64,000 nt of DNA from the NCBI RefSeq assembly GCF_003334405.1, contig NZ_QOWM01000013.1; one strand, written 5' to 3'. This document shows, piece after piece, positions 11,560 to 22,814 of this stretch. The position numbers and the translations under genes were made by a program. The stretch comes from Escherichia coli (GTDB taxonomy: Bacteria; Pseudomonadota; Gammaproteobacteria; Enterobacterales; Enterobacteriaceae). The notes under the pieces are model-generated. The model was not told where the DNA came from, ran no database searches, and was given only the letters and a program-made list of their open reading frames with translations. The first letter of the stretch is position 1. Each line of letters opens with the position of its first letter.

Positions 11560-12255
11560 TTACTGCCCGTAATAGGCATTGGCCCCATGCTTACGCAGGT
11601 AGTGCTTATCCAGCAGTTCGTTTTGCATCGCAGGGAGCTGCGGCGCAAGCTGGCGCGAGAATAGACCCATATAGGCGCATTCTTCGAGTACTACGGCGTT
11701 ATGCACGGCATCGGCGGCGTTTTTACCCCATGCGAACGGGCCGTGAGAATGCACCAGCACCGCCGGGATTTGTGCCGGACTCCTGCCACGTTCTTCGAAG
11801 GTTTCAATGATCACTTCGCCGGTCTGATATTCATATTCGCCGTTAATCTCCTCTGCGGTCATCTGTCGCGTGCAGGGGATGGCACCGTAAAAATAATCGG
11901 CGTGGGTGGTGCCCCAGGCGGGGAGATCCAGCCCGGCCTGTGACCAGATGGTGGCGTGGCGCGAGTGGGTATGCACAATACCGCCAATTTCGGCATAGCG
12001 ACGGTAGAGCGCCAGATGCGTTGGTGTATCGGAAGAGGGTTTTTTGCTGCCTTCCACCACCTTACCGCTGGCTATCTCAACCACCACCATATCGTCGGCG
12101 GTCATCACGTCGTACTCGACGCCGGAAGGTTTGATTACCATCCATTGCCGCGTTTCGTCTACCGCGCTGACATTGCCCCAGGTGAACGTCACCAGATGGT
12201 GAGCGGGAAGCGCCAGATTCGCCGCCAGCACGTCGGCTTTCAGTTGCTCTAACAT
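11560..12255 (-). CDS. sgbE: L-ribulose-5-phosphate 4-epimerase
   Basis: 231-aa ORF recognised as SgbE (class II aldolase/epimerase). Confidence 0.93.
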
Positions 12256-13109
12256 ATAAATCCAGCCTCCTGCATACGCGCTTCAATCCAACGCCGCGCC
12301 TGAATAATCTCCAGCACCGGCTCTTTGGCTTTTTCGGTCCACATCTCAATCAGGAAAGAACCGCGATAGTTCAGTTTATGCAGCGTTTTGAAGATGCCAA
12401 CGAAATCGACGCAGCCTTCGCCAAACGGCACGTCGCGGAACTGTCCGGGACTTTGCCCGGTGACTGGCTGGGTGTCTTTCAGGTGGATCGCGGCGATACG
12501 GTCAATGCCCAGTTTCAGTTCGGCGGGAACATCATTGCCCCAGGCGCTGAGGTTGCCGACGTCCGGGTAGACGGTGAACCACGGTGAGGCGAGCATCTCG
12601 TCCCATTTTTTCCATTTGCTGATGGAGTTCATAAACGCGGTATCCATAATCTCCACCGCCAGCATTACTTGTGATGCCGCCGCCTGTTCGACTGCCCACG
12701 CCAGCCCTTCAGCAAAACGTTGCCGGGTGCCTTCGTCGTGGTCTTCGTAATAGACGTCATAACCTGCCAGCTGGATGGTGCGAATGCCGAGATCGCGCGC
12801 CAGGCGAATCGCTTTACTCATGATTTCCCGCGCCCGTTCGCGCACTGCCTCGTCACGGCTACCAAAGGGAAAGCGACGATGTGCGGACAGGCACATCGAC
12901 GGGATCCCAACACCTGTTTCGATCATCGCGGCAACCAGCGAAGTCCTTTGTGCGGCGCTCCAGTCAAGACGTGAGAGCCGTTCGTCGGTTTCATCCACCG
13001 ACATTTCGACAAAATCAAAACCGCAGCTTTTTGCCAGCACCAGCCGCTCCGGCCAGGAGAGATCTTTCGCCAGCGCTTTTTCATAAATCCCTAACGGATG
13101 ATTACGCAC
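12249..13109 (-). CDS. sgbU: L-xylulose-5-phosphate 3-epimerase
   Basis: ORF track gives 316 aa; I place the start at GTG 13109..13107 preceded by a ggaggtg RBS, giving the 286 aa I recall ([12 protein letters not shown]...). Confidence 0.88.
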   Translation of the reverse strand: MRNHPLGIYEKALAKDLSWPERLVLAKSCGFDFVEMSVDETDERLSRLDWSAAQRTSLVAAMIETGVGIPSMCLSAHRRFPFGSRDEAVRERAREIMSKAIRLARDLGIRTIQLAGYDVYYEDHDEGTRQRFAEGLAWAVEQAAASQVMLAVEIMDTAFMNSISKWKKWDEMLASPWFTVYPDVGNLSAWGNDVPAELKLGIDRIAAIHLKDTQPVTGQSPGQFRDVPFGEGCVDFVGIFKTLHKLNYRGSFLIEMWTEKAKEPVLEIIQARRWIEARMQEAGFIC

Positions 13110-13764
13110 GCGCACCTCCCCAGATAGCGTCGATTTGCGCATGGAAATCGCCAGCCACTTGCGCCGGATTTGCCGCGCCTGCCAGTGCCCGCCCGGCAAT
13201 AAACGCTTTCACGCGGATATCTTTAAACAGCGGCAGGTCAGCAGGGGTAATCCCGCCAGTAATGGAAAGCTCAAGGCCGATATCTGAAAGCGCCTTCATG
13301 CGTGCCAGATCGGCTTCGCCCCACTGTTGCCCGCTGGCCTGTGCATCACGACCGCGATGATAAATGGCCTGCCGCACGCCAATACGATGCCAGTCGCGGG
13401 CGTCGTCCAGCGTCCAGTTACCGAACAGCTCTATCTGAATTTCACCCCCGCAGCGTTGTGCCATTGCGTGGCCTTTTTCTACCGTCGCGAGCGGCGCGGC
13501 GCAGATGATGGTCATCCAGTTAGCGCCTGCGCCAAACGCCTGTTGCGCGAGCGTTTCACCAGCGTCGGCGACCTTCCAGTCAGCAACGATGATTTTGTCC
13601 GGGCACTGTTCGCGCAAGGCTTTCACCGCGCCAAGCCCTTCGTTTAAACAGAGAATGGTGCCCGCTTCGACGATATCGACGCTGTCTTTTAACAGCGTCA
13701 CGTCGCGCTGCGCGGCTTCAAGTGATGAGTGGTCGAGGGCCAGTTGCAGAAGTGGTCGGCTCAT
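13102..13764 (-). CDS. sgbH: 3-keto-L-gulonate-6-phosphate decarboxylase
   Basis: 220-aa ORF recognised as SgbH; overlaps the lyxK stop by 4 bp. Confidence 0.92.
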   Translation of the reverse strand: MSRPLLQLALDHSSLEAAQRDVTLLKDSVDIVEAGTILCLNEGLGAVKALREQCPDKIIVADWKVADAGETLAQQAFGAGANWMTIICAAPLATVEKGHAMAQRCGGEIQIELFGNWTLDDARDWHRIGVRQAIYHRGRDAQASGQQWGEADLARMKALSDIGLELSITGGITPADLPLFKDIRVKAFIAGRALAGAANPAQVAGDFHAQIDAIWGGARA

Positions 13765-15257
13765 AATGTGTGCTCCTTAATGCGGGCGTGAAAGCCCTGA
13801 AGTGCGGCAATGAGATGCTGATAACGTTGATATTTTTTTTGGTAAAGCTGATGGGCGGTCATATCTGGCAGCAGGGTGCGCACCGGGTGTCGCAAGTCAC
13901 GTTGGGCTTCGCTGAAGTTGTGATAAACCCCGGTGCCGACGCGGGCGGCAAGGGCCGCACCAAAGCAGCCGGTTTCTTCCACCTGCGGCAGCTCGATACG
14001 CAGACCGCTGACGTCCGCCAGCATTTGCATCCAGACATCGGAGTGCGCCGGGCCGCCAGTGACGCGTAGGGTGTGAACATCAGTAAAACGTTCGCGCATT
14101 CGGTTGAGGTGGGTCATATGGCTGAACACCACCCCTTCATAGATGGCCTGCAACAGGTGCGCGCGGGTGTGAATGGCCTGCATCCCGTAGAAACCACTGG
14201 TCATCTCGAGTCCGGCGTTGCTGCCGTACAGGAACGGCAGGAAAAAGAGATCGCCCCCAGCCTTCGGCAAGCTGGCAACGGCCTGATTGATCTCATCAAA
14301 CGAGATTTCTCCCCACTGTGCGGTAAACCATTCGAGGTTGCCGGAAGAGGTAGGGCTGGCTTCGTGAACGATAAATTCACCATCGTTAACGTAGCGACCA
14401 TAGACATACGGATGCGCTTCACCGTCACGTAAACCGCGGGTTATGCCGCTGGTCACCGCCCAGGTCCCCATCACCGCATTGAGGGTAAATTCGTCTTCGA
14501 TCCCGGCGCAGAGTGCGGTGGAAACCACATCAAACAGGCCGCCAACAACGGGCGTACCCGCTTTCAGACCGGTCAGGGCGGCTGTCTGAGCGGTGATCTC
14601 CCCGCAGATTTCGGCAGATCCGACAACAGGCGGCAGGGCGTGATTGATTTCAGCGATCCCCAGCCAGTCGGTGAGGCACGGGTCATATTCCCCAAGACTC
14701 ATGTTGTAGAGGTTGGACTCGGAAATATTGCTCTCTTCACAGCCTTTGACGCCAGTTAAACACCAGCGCAGGTAGTCGTGCGTCATCATCACGCAGCCAA
14801 TTTGCGCGTAGCGTTCTGGTTCGTGCTCTTTCAGCCAGCGTAACAGCGACACCGGATGCCCGGTCCACAAGGTTTGTCGGGTCAGCGGGTAGAGTTTTTC
14901 CGGGATGCCATCTTCCTGCCAGCGACGAACGATTTCCATCGCCCGGCGGTCCGAGGACAAAATAGCATTCCCGAGCGGTTTGTCGTTTTTATCCAGCAAA
15001 AACAAGCCCTTTCCCTGTGCGGAGATGCCGATACCGACAATTTGTTCCCCGCTAACACCAGAATGAGTAAGCAGGGCGCGAATGACAGCCATGCAGCATT
15101 GCCACAGTTCTGCCATATCGCGCTCTGCCCAGCCTGGCTGCGGGCTTAATGCGCACAGCGGCAGGCGCTGCACGCCTGCCTCCCGGCCTTCGCGGTCATA
15201 CAGCCCGGCTTTCAGCCAGCTACCGCCACAATCTAACCCCAGCCAGTATTGCGTCAT
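13761..15257 (-). CDS. lyxK: L-xylulose / 3-keto-L-gulonate kinase
   Basis: 498-aa FGGY-family kinase recognised as LyxK. Confidence 0.93.
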   Translation of the reverse strand: MTQYWLGLDCGGSWLKAGLYDREGREAGVQRLPLCALSPQPGWAERDMAELWQCCMAVIRALLTHSGVSGEQIVGIGISAQGKGLFLLDKNDKPLGNAILSSDRRAMEIVRRWQEDGIPEKLYPLTRQTLWTGHPVSLLRWLKEHEPERYAQIGCVMMTHDYLRWCLTGVKGCEESNISESNLYNMSLGEYDPCLTDWLGIAEINHALPPVVGSAEICGEITAQTAALTGLKAGTPVVGGLFDVVSTALCAGIEDEFTLNAVMGTWAVTSGITRGLRDGEAHPYVYGRYVNDGEFIVHEASPTSSGNLEWFTAQWGEISFDEINQAVASLPKAGGDLFFLPFLYGSNAGLEMTSGFYGMQAIHTRAHLLQAIYEGVVFSHMTHLNRMRERFTDVHTLRVTGGPAHSDVWMQMLADVSGLRIELPQVEETGCFGAALAARVGTGVYHNFSEAQRDLRHPVRTLLPDMTAHQLYQKKYQRYQHLIAALQGFHARIKEHTL

Positions 15258-15260
15258 GGT

Positions 15261-16247
15261 TTATTGCACCTCATCCACGGCTTTCAGCAGATCAGCTCCC
15301 TGCGGCACATCTTTAACAAACATGTCGCGAACCTGATTCCCCAGTGCGTCGCTAAAGGCTTTGCGGTCGAGATCGGTGATGACTTCCACGCCCGCTTCTT
15401 TCATGCCGTCGATGATTTTTTGCTGATCTTCAGCAACCAGTTTGCGCTGATAGTTACCCGCTTCTTGTGCAGATGAAACTAGCGCCTGCTGGAACTCCGG
15501 ACTTAAGCCATCAAACTTCGCTTTGTTGATCACCACCAGAAGCGGGGAATAGGCGTGGTGCGTCAGAGAAAGGAACTTCTGCACTTCGAAAAATTTTGCT
15601 GACCAGACGACGTTGATCGGGTGTTCCTGAGCGTCGATAGTGCGGGTTTCCAGCCCGGTATAGACTTCGGCAAACGGCATCGGGATCGGGTTAGCGCCAA
15701 AGACTTTGAATGCGGCGATATTCATCGGGCTATTGTTGGTGCGGATTTTCAGCCCTTTCAGGTCGGCGGGGGTTTTAACCGGTGCGCGCGAGTTGGTGAC
15801 ATCGCGCCAGCCGTTTTCCCAGTAGGCCAGTACTTTCAGTCCTTTACCTTCAAGTGAGGCTTTCAGATCATCACCGACTTTGCCGTCGAGCGTTTTATGC
15901 GCGTGAGCGGTATCGCGGAACAGGAAAGGGACATCAAGCAAGTTCATCACTGGTGATAACCCGGCAAAGTTATTCGAGCCGGACATTTCCATATCGATGG
16001 TGCCGCCACGTACGCCGCTGATCATCGCCTGCGCGTTACCGAGAGTGCTGTCCGGGAACAGTTTTAATTTCAGCTCGCCTTTGGTTCTCTCCTGCAATAA
16101 ATCATTGAATTTTTTCGCCGCAATATATTGCGAGTCGGTTTGTGATGTTTCATAACCGAAACGTAAAGATTGTGCCGCCAGAGAAGATGTGCTGAATGCA
16201 GCCAGGCCAGCAATGAATAATGCGTAGGTTACAGAGCGTAATTTCAT
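15261..16247 (-). CDS. yiaO: TRAP transporter periplasmic solute-binding protein (2,3-diketo-L-gulonate)
   Basis: 328-aa ORF with signal peptide, DctP family. Confidence 0.92.
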   Translation of the reverse strand: MKLRSVTYALFIAGLAAFSTSSLAAQSLRFGYETSQTDSQYIAAKKFNDLLQERTKGELKLKLFPDSTLGNAQAMISGVRGGTIDMEMSGSNNFAGLSPVMNLLDVPFLFRDTAHAHKTLDGKVGDDLKASLEGKGLKVLAYWENGWRDVTNSRAPVKTPADLKGLKIRTNNSPMNIAAFKVFGANPIPMPFAEVYTGLETRTIDAQEHPINVVWSAKFFEVQKFLSLTHHAYSPLLVVINKAKFDGLSPEFQQALVSSAQEAGNYQRKLVAEDQQKIIDGMKEAGVEVITDLDRKAFSDALGNQVRDMFVKDVPQGADLLKAVDEVQ

Positions 16248-16259
16248 AATATTTTCCTT

Positions 16260-17537
16260 TTAATTAATCCATTTCAAAGGGAGGATGATGAGATCGGGAA
16301 TAAAAACAAATACGACTAATAATGAATATAAAACCAGGACGTAAGGGAAAACGCCTCTGACTGCATCATCGAATTTGAGTTTTGCCACCCCTGAAATAAC
16401 GTTAAGTACATTACCGATAGGCGGTGTAATTAAGCCGATTGAGCAGTTAATGATAAACATGACACCGAAATAAATCGGATCGATTCCTGCCTCTTTAACT
16501 AAAGGCATTAATACCGGGGTAAGAATTAATACCGTCGGCGTTAAATCCATGACCATGCCGACAATCAGGATAGCCACCATAATGACGATAAACAGCAGAC
16601 GCGGTGAATCGACCAACGGTTGCAGTAAATCAGAAACCATCATCGGCAGTTCAGCAATGGTAATCAGCCAGGCGGAAACTTGTGCCGAGGCCACCAGAAA
16701 CATAACCACTGAGGTGGTTTTCGCCGCGCCAATGAGTACATGCCAAAGTGTGGCGAAGGTCATTTCACGGTAAATAACTGTGGCGACAAACAGCGCATAG
16801 AAAGCAGCAACGGCCCCGGCTTCGGTAGGGGTAAACAGACCGGAGCGAAACCCGCCAATAATGATGACTGGAAGAAACAGCGCCCAGATACCGGAGACAA
16901 AAGAGTGCCAGATTTCCTGCATCGTTGCTTTTTGCTGGCGGGGTAAATTAAGGCGACTGGCCTGCCACCACCAGGTAAGCATCAGCGTTGCGCCCATCAT
17001 CATGCCAGGGGCAATGCCCGCCATAAACAGCTTACTGATGGATAATCCGCTGGAAACGCCGAAGATAATAAACGGAATGGAAGGGGGAATAATTGGCGCG
17101 ATAATGCCGCCAGAGGCAATCAGCCCCGCCGCCCGGTTGACCGGATAGTTGGCGCTGCGCATCATCGGCACCAGTAGAGCGGCAACGGCGGCGGTATCCG
17201 CAACGGCAGAACCAGAAAGGCTCGCCATAATCATAGCTGCCAGCACGCCGACGTAGCCCAGCCCGCCTGGTTTATGCCCCACCAGTTTCATCGGCAGGTC
17301 AACAATGCGTTTTGACAAGCCGCCCGCATTCATGATTTCACCCGCCAGCACAAAGAACGGAATCGCCAGCAGGGAGAAGCTATCGGCTCCGTTCACCAGC
17401 GTTTGTGCCATGATCTGGACATCAAACATGTCCAGCCAGAACATTAACGCCGCCCCGCACAACAACAGTGCCCAGGCAATAGGCAAACCGATAGCAATAC
17501 CACCCAACAGACAGCCCAGAAAAATCAGCACAGCCAT
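16260..17537 (-). CDS. yiaN: TRAP transporter large permease (DctM family)
   Basis: 425-aa polytopic membrane ORF. Confidence 0.92.
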   Translation of the reverse strand: MAVLIFLGCLLGGIAIGLPIAWALLLCGAALMFWLDMFDVQIMAQTLVNGADSFSLLAIPFFVLAGEIMNAGGLSKRIVDLPMKLVGHKPGGLGYVGVLAAMIMASLSGSAVADTAAVAALLVPMMRSANYPVNRAAGLIASGGIIAPIIPPSIPFIIFGVSSGLSISKLFMAGIAPGMMMGATLMLTWWWQASRLNLPRQQKATMQEIWHSFVSGIWALFLPVIIIGGFRSGLFTPTEAGAVAAFYALFVATVIYREMTFATLWHVLIGAAKTTSVVMFLVASAQVSAWLITIAELPMMVSDLLQPLVDSPRLLFIVIMVAILIVGMVMDLTPTVLILTPVLMPLVKEAGIDPIYFGVMFIINCSIGLITPPIGNVLNVISGVAKLKFDDAVRGVFPYVLVLYSLLVVFVFIPDLIILPLKWIN

Positions 17538-17539
17538 GA

Positions 17540-18014
17540 TTAAGCTCCTTGCGGTGGCGACGTTAGAGAATTGCTACGCGTGATGAGTTGATATAAATGA
17601 CGCAGTTCAAAGAATGCGATAACGAGGCTGGTGGGCAGACAAGCGGCATACATCAGGCCGATGGGTAAACCGAGGATCGGTGAATAATCGCTCCAGTCCT
17701 GAATTGTTTTTAGCGTTGCGCCCCAGGCCAGTGCGCCACAAATAAATAAGATTAAGGAATGGGTAACCAGAGCGACTCGTCGCTGCCATGCGGGGGAGAG
17801 TTTCTCCACCAGAAAGGTGACCTGAACGTGGGCGTTATCCATAAAAGCTACAATCGCGCCAATAAACGTTAACCAGACAAATAAATAACGTGACAATTCA
17901 TCAACAGATAAAATGCTTGTCTGAAAACCATATCTTAAAATAATGTTTATAAATACAATACAGGAAAGTACGGCGAGATTAATCGCCAGTATTGCTTCGA
18001 GTATTTTTTTTCAT
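17540..18014 (-). pseudogene. yiaM: TRAP transporter small permease (DctQ family), apparently frameshifted at the 5' end
   Basis: ATG at 18014..18012 is followed by an 8-A run (plus-strand T8 at 18004..18011) and terminates after 11 codons. The frame continuous with the rest of the gene begins with TGA at 18013..18011. With one A fewer, the gene reads [30 protein letters not shown]... for the 157 aa I recall. Confidence 0.6.
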
Positions 18015-18131
18015 AGCTATTCCTTGAGGCTATGTCTGTCATAATTCAAGTCGCATGTGCAGCAACCTGAATTATTAATATAGTTAGAGCAATAACATTA
18101 CCCAGGCGTTCTGGCGTAGACGATTATTCGA

Positions 18132-18602
<471 letters not shown>

Positions 18603-18610
18603 TTATCTCC

Positions 18611-19609
18611 TCATAACGCCTGGATTTTGGCCCACACGCTGTCATCAACAGTGATGCCGTTACGGCGGTTTTCGGCCAGCAGGGTAGTAAATTCATGGCC
18701 GGGTAAGCGAATGGCCTGATTTTCGTCAGCACGCTCGGCACTAGTAACGTAATCCATGATGCGTTGCAGCTTGGCATCGCGGGTGGGACCGTCGATAAGC
18801 TTGTCCACTTCAATGGCAATAAAAATTTGTGAAATGCCGTATTCGTCGCTGTTGTCCTGGGTGACTTCGGCAACGGATGCGCCGTCGGAAAGGAGAGTAG
18901 CGATCATATCCAGCACAATCGACATGCCAGAACCTTTCCAGTAGCCCATCGGCAAAATGCGGCGATTCTTCTCGATAACGCCAGGTTCTTTGGTCAAATT
19001 GCCCTCATCATCAAAGCCACCATCGACCGGGAGCTGACGACCTGCCAGACGGTTAACTTCTAACATGCCGTAAGAGAACATCGACATCGACATATCGACC
19101 ATGGTGATCGGCGTGGAAGGAATGGCGACGATCAGCGGGTTAGTGCCGATGCGACACTCTTTTGCGCCCCACGGCGGCATTACGGCGATGGAGTTGGTCC
19201 AGCAAATGCCAATATAGCCTTTTTCCGCCGCCTGCCAGCCGTAGCTGCCGCCGCGCATCCAGTGGTTGGCATTACGTAGTGCCACCAGACCAATACCGTG
19301 ATCGGCAGCCAGTTCAATGGCGCGATCCATCATCTTTTTCGCTGTCAGGTTACCGATCGAACGCTGGGCGTCCCACTGTTCAATTGCGCCGAGGCTGGTT
19401 ATACGTTTGGGTTGGGCATCAGGAATGATATCGCCGTTTTCCAGTTGTTGAATGAAACGAGGGAAACGATTAACGCCGTGAGAATAAACGCCGGATTCGG
19501 TGGTGCGGGCGAACATCTCTGCACAGGCGTCAGCCGTTTCGCTGTCAACGCCGCGTGAAATTAAGACCCGATTAAAGGCTGCTTTTAACTGCTCAAATGT
19601 CACTTTCAT
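18611..19609 (-). CDS. yiaK: 2,3-diketo-L-gulonate reductase
   Basis: 332-aa ORF recognised as YiaK; first gene of the yiaK-sgbE operon. Confidence 0.9.
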
Positions 19610-19809
19610 CCCAGGCTTCCTTGTTTTTTTGATCGCTTTTTTGGCTTAAAATTTCAATATGCGAAACTTGATTTCAAATATATCGATCACTTTTTAACAA
19701 AGCAATCTGATTGATGAATTTCAAAAGACATAAAAATCAATTGGTTATAAATTATCTGTCGAGATCGTGAACTACGGCACACTTTGCGCTACCATCAGGA
19801 CGCGACAAA
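19610..19809. promoter_or_regulatory. Divergent yiaK / yiaJ promoter-operator region
   Basis: AT-rich 200-bp intergenic region with three direct TTTCAA-containing repeats (19651, 19671, 19718); YiaJ is the recalled repressor of this operon. Confidence 0.5.
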
Positions 19810-20658
19810 ATGGGGAAAGAAGTGATGGGAAAAAAAGAGAACGAGATGGCGCAGGAAAAAGAGCGTCCAGCCGGAAGCCAGAGTCTGTTTCGCGGGTTGA
19901 TGCTGATTGAGATTTTGAGCAACTATCCAAACGGTTGTCCGTTGGCGCATCTTTCGGAGCTGGCTGGTTTAAATAAGAGTACCGTCCATCGCTTATTGCA
20001 GGGATTACAGTCCTGCGGCTATGTGACCACCGCGCCTGCCGCAGGGAGTTATCGCCTGACCACCAAATTTATTGCCGTCGGGCAGAAGGCGCTGTCTTCG
20101 CTGAATATCATTCATATCGCCGCTCCGCATCTTGAGGCACTGAACATCGCCACTGGTGAAACCATTAACTTCTCCAGCCGCGAAGACGATCACGCTATTT
20201 TGATTTATAAGCTGGAACCCACAACCGGGATGCTGCGAACCCGTGCCTATATTGGCCAGCATATGCCGCTCTACTGTTCCGCAATGGGCAAGATCTACAT
20301 GGCGTTTGGTCACCCGGACTACGTGAAGTCATACTGGGAAAGCCATCAGCATGAGATCCAGCCGTTAACCCGCAATACCATTACCGAGCTGCCCGCGATG
20401 TTCGACGAACTGGCGCACATTCGTGAAAGCGGAGCGGCGATGGACAGAGAAGAAAACGAACTCGGCGTCTCCTGTATTGCTGTTCCGGTGTTTGATATTC
20501 ATGGGCGGGTGCCGTACGCCGTGTCGATTTCGCTTTCGACATCACGTCTGAAACAGGTGGGAGAGAAAAATCTCCTGAAACCACTGCGTGAAACCGCGCA
20601 GGCTATTTCTAATGAACTGGGATTTACTGTCAGGGATGACCTGGGCGCGATCACATAA
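19810..20658 (+). CDS. yiaJ: IclR-family transcriptional repressor YiaJ
   Basis: 282-aa ORF with N-terminal HTH and C-terminal IclR effector domain. Confidence 0.9.
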   Translation: MGKEVMGKKENEMAQEKERPAGSQSLFRGLMLIEILSNYPNGCPLAHLSELAGLNKSTVHRLLQGLQSCGYVTTAPAAGSYRLTTKFIAVGQKALSSLNIIHIAAPHLEALNIATGETINFSSREDDHAILIYKLEPTTGMLRTRAYIGQHMPLYCSAMGKIYMAFGHPDYVKSYWESHQHEIQPLTRNTITELPAMFDELAHIRESGAAMDREENELGVSCIAVPVFDIHGRVPYAVSISLSTSRLKQVGEKNLLKPLRETAQAISNELGFTVRDDLGAIT

Positions 20659-20759
20659 CGCTTTGGACAAGTGCCAAAACTTTAACATTTCCTTCGTTGG
20701 ATCAAAGCAGTAGGGACGCGCTCTCTGGCACTCTGCTGTTTTAGTGCAAAGGAGTGATC

Positions 20760-21233
20760 ATGAACCGGTTTATTATTGCGGATGCGACGAAATGTATCGG
20801 TTGCCGTACCTGTGAAGTGGCTTGCGCAGTGTCGCATCATGAGAATCAGGATTGCGCTGCGTTGTCACCAGACGAGTTTATTTCCCGTATTCGTGTCATT
20901 AAAGACCACTGCTGGACCACGGCAGTAGCCTGTCATCAGTGTGAAGATGCACCGTGCGCGAATGTCTGCCCTGTTGACGCGATAAGCCGCGAACATGGGC
21001 ATATTTTCGTTGAACAAACACGTTGCATTGGCTGTAAAAGCTGTATGCTGGCTTGCCCGTTTGGTGCGATGGAGGTCGTTTCTTCGCGCAAAAAGGCGAG
21101 GGCGATTAAGTGCGATCTGTGCTGGCATCGGGAGACGGGACCGGCCTGTGTTGAAGCCTGCCCGACAAAGGCGTTGCAGTGCATGGATGTCGAGAAAGTG
21201 CAGCGGCATCGGCTACGGCAGCAGCCTGTTTGA
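20760..21233 (+). CDS. ysaA: Ferredoxin-like 4Fe-4S cluster protein YsaA
   Basis: Start placed at ATG 20760 with aaggag RBS (157 aa); multiple CxxCxxCxxxCP motifs. Confidence 0.85.
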   Translation: MNRFIIADATKCIGCRTCEVACAVSHHENQDCAALSPDEFISRIRVIKDHCWTTAVACHQCEDAPCANVCPVDAISREHGHIFVEQTRCIGCKSCMLACPFGAMEVVSSRKKARAIKCDLCWHRETGPACVEACPTKALQCMDVEKVQRHRLRQQPV

Positions 21234-21278
21234 AACGTTTTCCGGCGTTTCTCAACGCCGGAACAGTGCGCTTTGTTT

Positions 21279-21380
21279 ATGCCAGATGCGGCGTAAACGC
21301 CTTATCCGGCCTACAAATTCTTCCAAATTCAATATATTGCAGAAATCATGTAGGCCTGATAAGCGTAGCGCATCAGGCAA
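21279..21380. repeat. REP/BIME element between ysaA and avtA
   Basis: atgccagatgcggcgtaaacgccttatccggcctac ... gtaggcctgataagcgtagcgcatcaggca. Confidence 0.7.
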
Positions 21381-21383
21381 TTT

Positions 21384-22637
21384 TTAGTGACTTTCAGCCC
21401 AGGCTCTTTCTATCTCTTCCGCCAGAATCTTCACCCCCGCCTCAATTTTCTCCGGCTCTGGTACGTAGTTCATGCGCATACATTGATGCGTATGCGGCCA
21501 CGGTTTATCCAGCCCTGGGAAGAAGTTGTGCCCCGGCACCATCAGCACGCCGCGTGCTTTCAGGCGCTGATAGAGCTGCTCGGTCGTAATGGGCAAATCC
21601 TTAAACCATAGCCAGAGGAAAATGGCTCCTTCCGGTTTATGAATCAGGCAGCGATTTTCCGGTAAATAGCGGCGAATGATGGCGATAGTTTCCTGAACAC
21701 GCTGGTAGTAAAACGGTTTGATGACTGTTTCAGACAGGCGCAGCAGATCGTTACGCTTAATCATTTCACACATCATCGCCGGACCAATACCGCCAGGTGC
21801 CAGGCTGATAATGCCGTTCATATTGGTGATGGCGGTGATGATTTTTTCATTGGCGATGATAATGCCGCAGCGGGAGCCAGGTAGACCCAGCTTGGAAAGA
21901 CTCATGCACAGCACGATATTCGGATTCCATAGCGGGCGCGCTTCACTGAAGATGATACCCGGGAACGGGACGCCATAAGCGTTATCAATCACCAGCGGAA
22001 TGCCGTGTTGATTCGCCAGCGCGTCAAGCTTCAGCAACTCTTCGTCAGTAATCACATTGCCTGTTGGATTCGTCGGCCGGGAGACGCAAATCATCCCGGT
22101 TTCTTCGCCAATATGCAGATGCTCAAAATCGACGTGGTATTTAAACTGGCCTTCCGGCAGCAGTTCAATATTCGGACGCGCAGAGACAAACAGATCTTCT
22201 TCCAGTCCGGCGTCAGCATAGCCAATGTATTCCGGTGCAAGCGGGAACAGCACTTTTTTGACCCGACCATCGGCACGGCGTCCGGCAAACAGGTTAAATA
22301 AGTAGAAAAACGCGCTCTGGCTGCCGTTTGTTAGTGCAATATTCTGTGGTTCGATATCCCAACCCAACTTCTCGCGCAGCATTCCGGCAAGCAGTGTGAG
22401 TAGCTCCGTTTTCCCCTGTGGACCGTCGTAGTTACACAGTGCATCAGTCGCTTTGCCACTTTCCAGCATGTCGGTCAGTAGCGTCTGGAAGTAGTCCTGC
22501 ATTTCCGGGATCTGCGCCGGATTACCGCCGCCGAGCATAATCGCGCCAGGCGTGCGTAAACCGTCGTTCAGATCTTCCATCAACAGCGTAATGCCGGAGT
22601 GGCGGGTAAATTTGTCACCAAAAAGGGAGAATGTCAT
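21384..22637 (-). CDS. avtA: Valine-pyruvate aminotransferase
   Basis: ORF track gives 452 aa; start placed at ATG 22637 (MTFSLFGDKFTRHSGITLLMEDL...), giving 417 aa. Confidence 0.92.
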   Translation of the reverse strand: MTFSLFGDKFTRHSGITLLMEDLNDGLRTPGAIMLGGGNPAQIPEMQDYFQTLLTDMLESGKATDALCNYDGPQGKTELLTLLAGMLREKLGWDIEPQNIALTNGSQSAFFYLFNLFAGRRADGRVKKVLFPLAPEYIGYADAGLEEDLFVSARPNIELLPEGQFKYHVDFEHLHIGEETGMICVSRPTNPTGNVITDEELLKLDALANQHGIPLVIDNAYGVPFPGIIFSEARPLWNPNIVLCMSLSKLGLPGSRCGIIIANEKIITAITNMNGIISLAPGGIGPAMMCEMIKRNDLLRLSETVIKPFYYQRVQETIAIIRRYLPENRCLIHKPEGAIFLWLWFKDLPITTEQLYQRLKARGVLMVPGHNFFPGLDKPWPHTHQCMRMNYVPEPEKIEAGVKILAEEIERAWAESH

Positions 22638-22814
22638 AGCGGGATATCTGTCGAACTCTGTAGCAAGGAAGGTAACAATAACGCTACATTTGCTGGGGTG
22701 CAAATCGGTCTGTTGAAGAGTGAGCGGTGCTTTATCCTGCAACGCTGATTAGGGCTGACATTTTATCCTGGTTGGCGGCTTCCCGAGGTACTGACGAACG
22801 GGAAGCCGGAAAAG

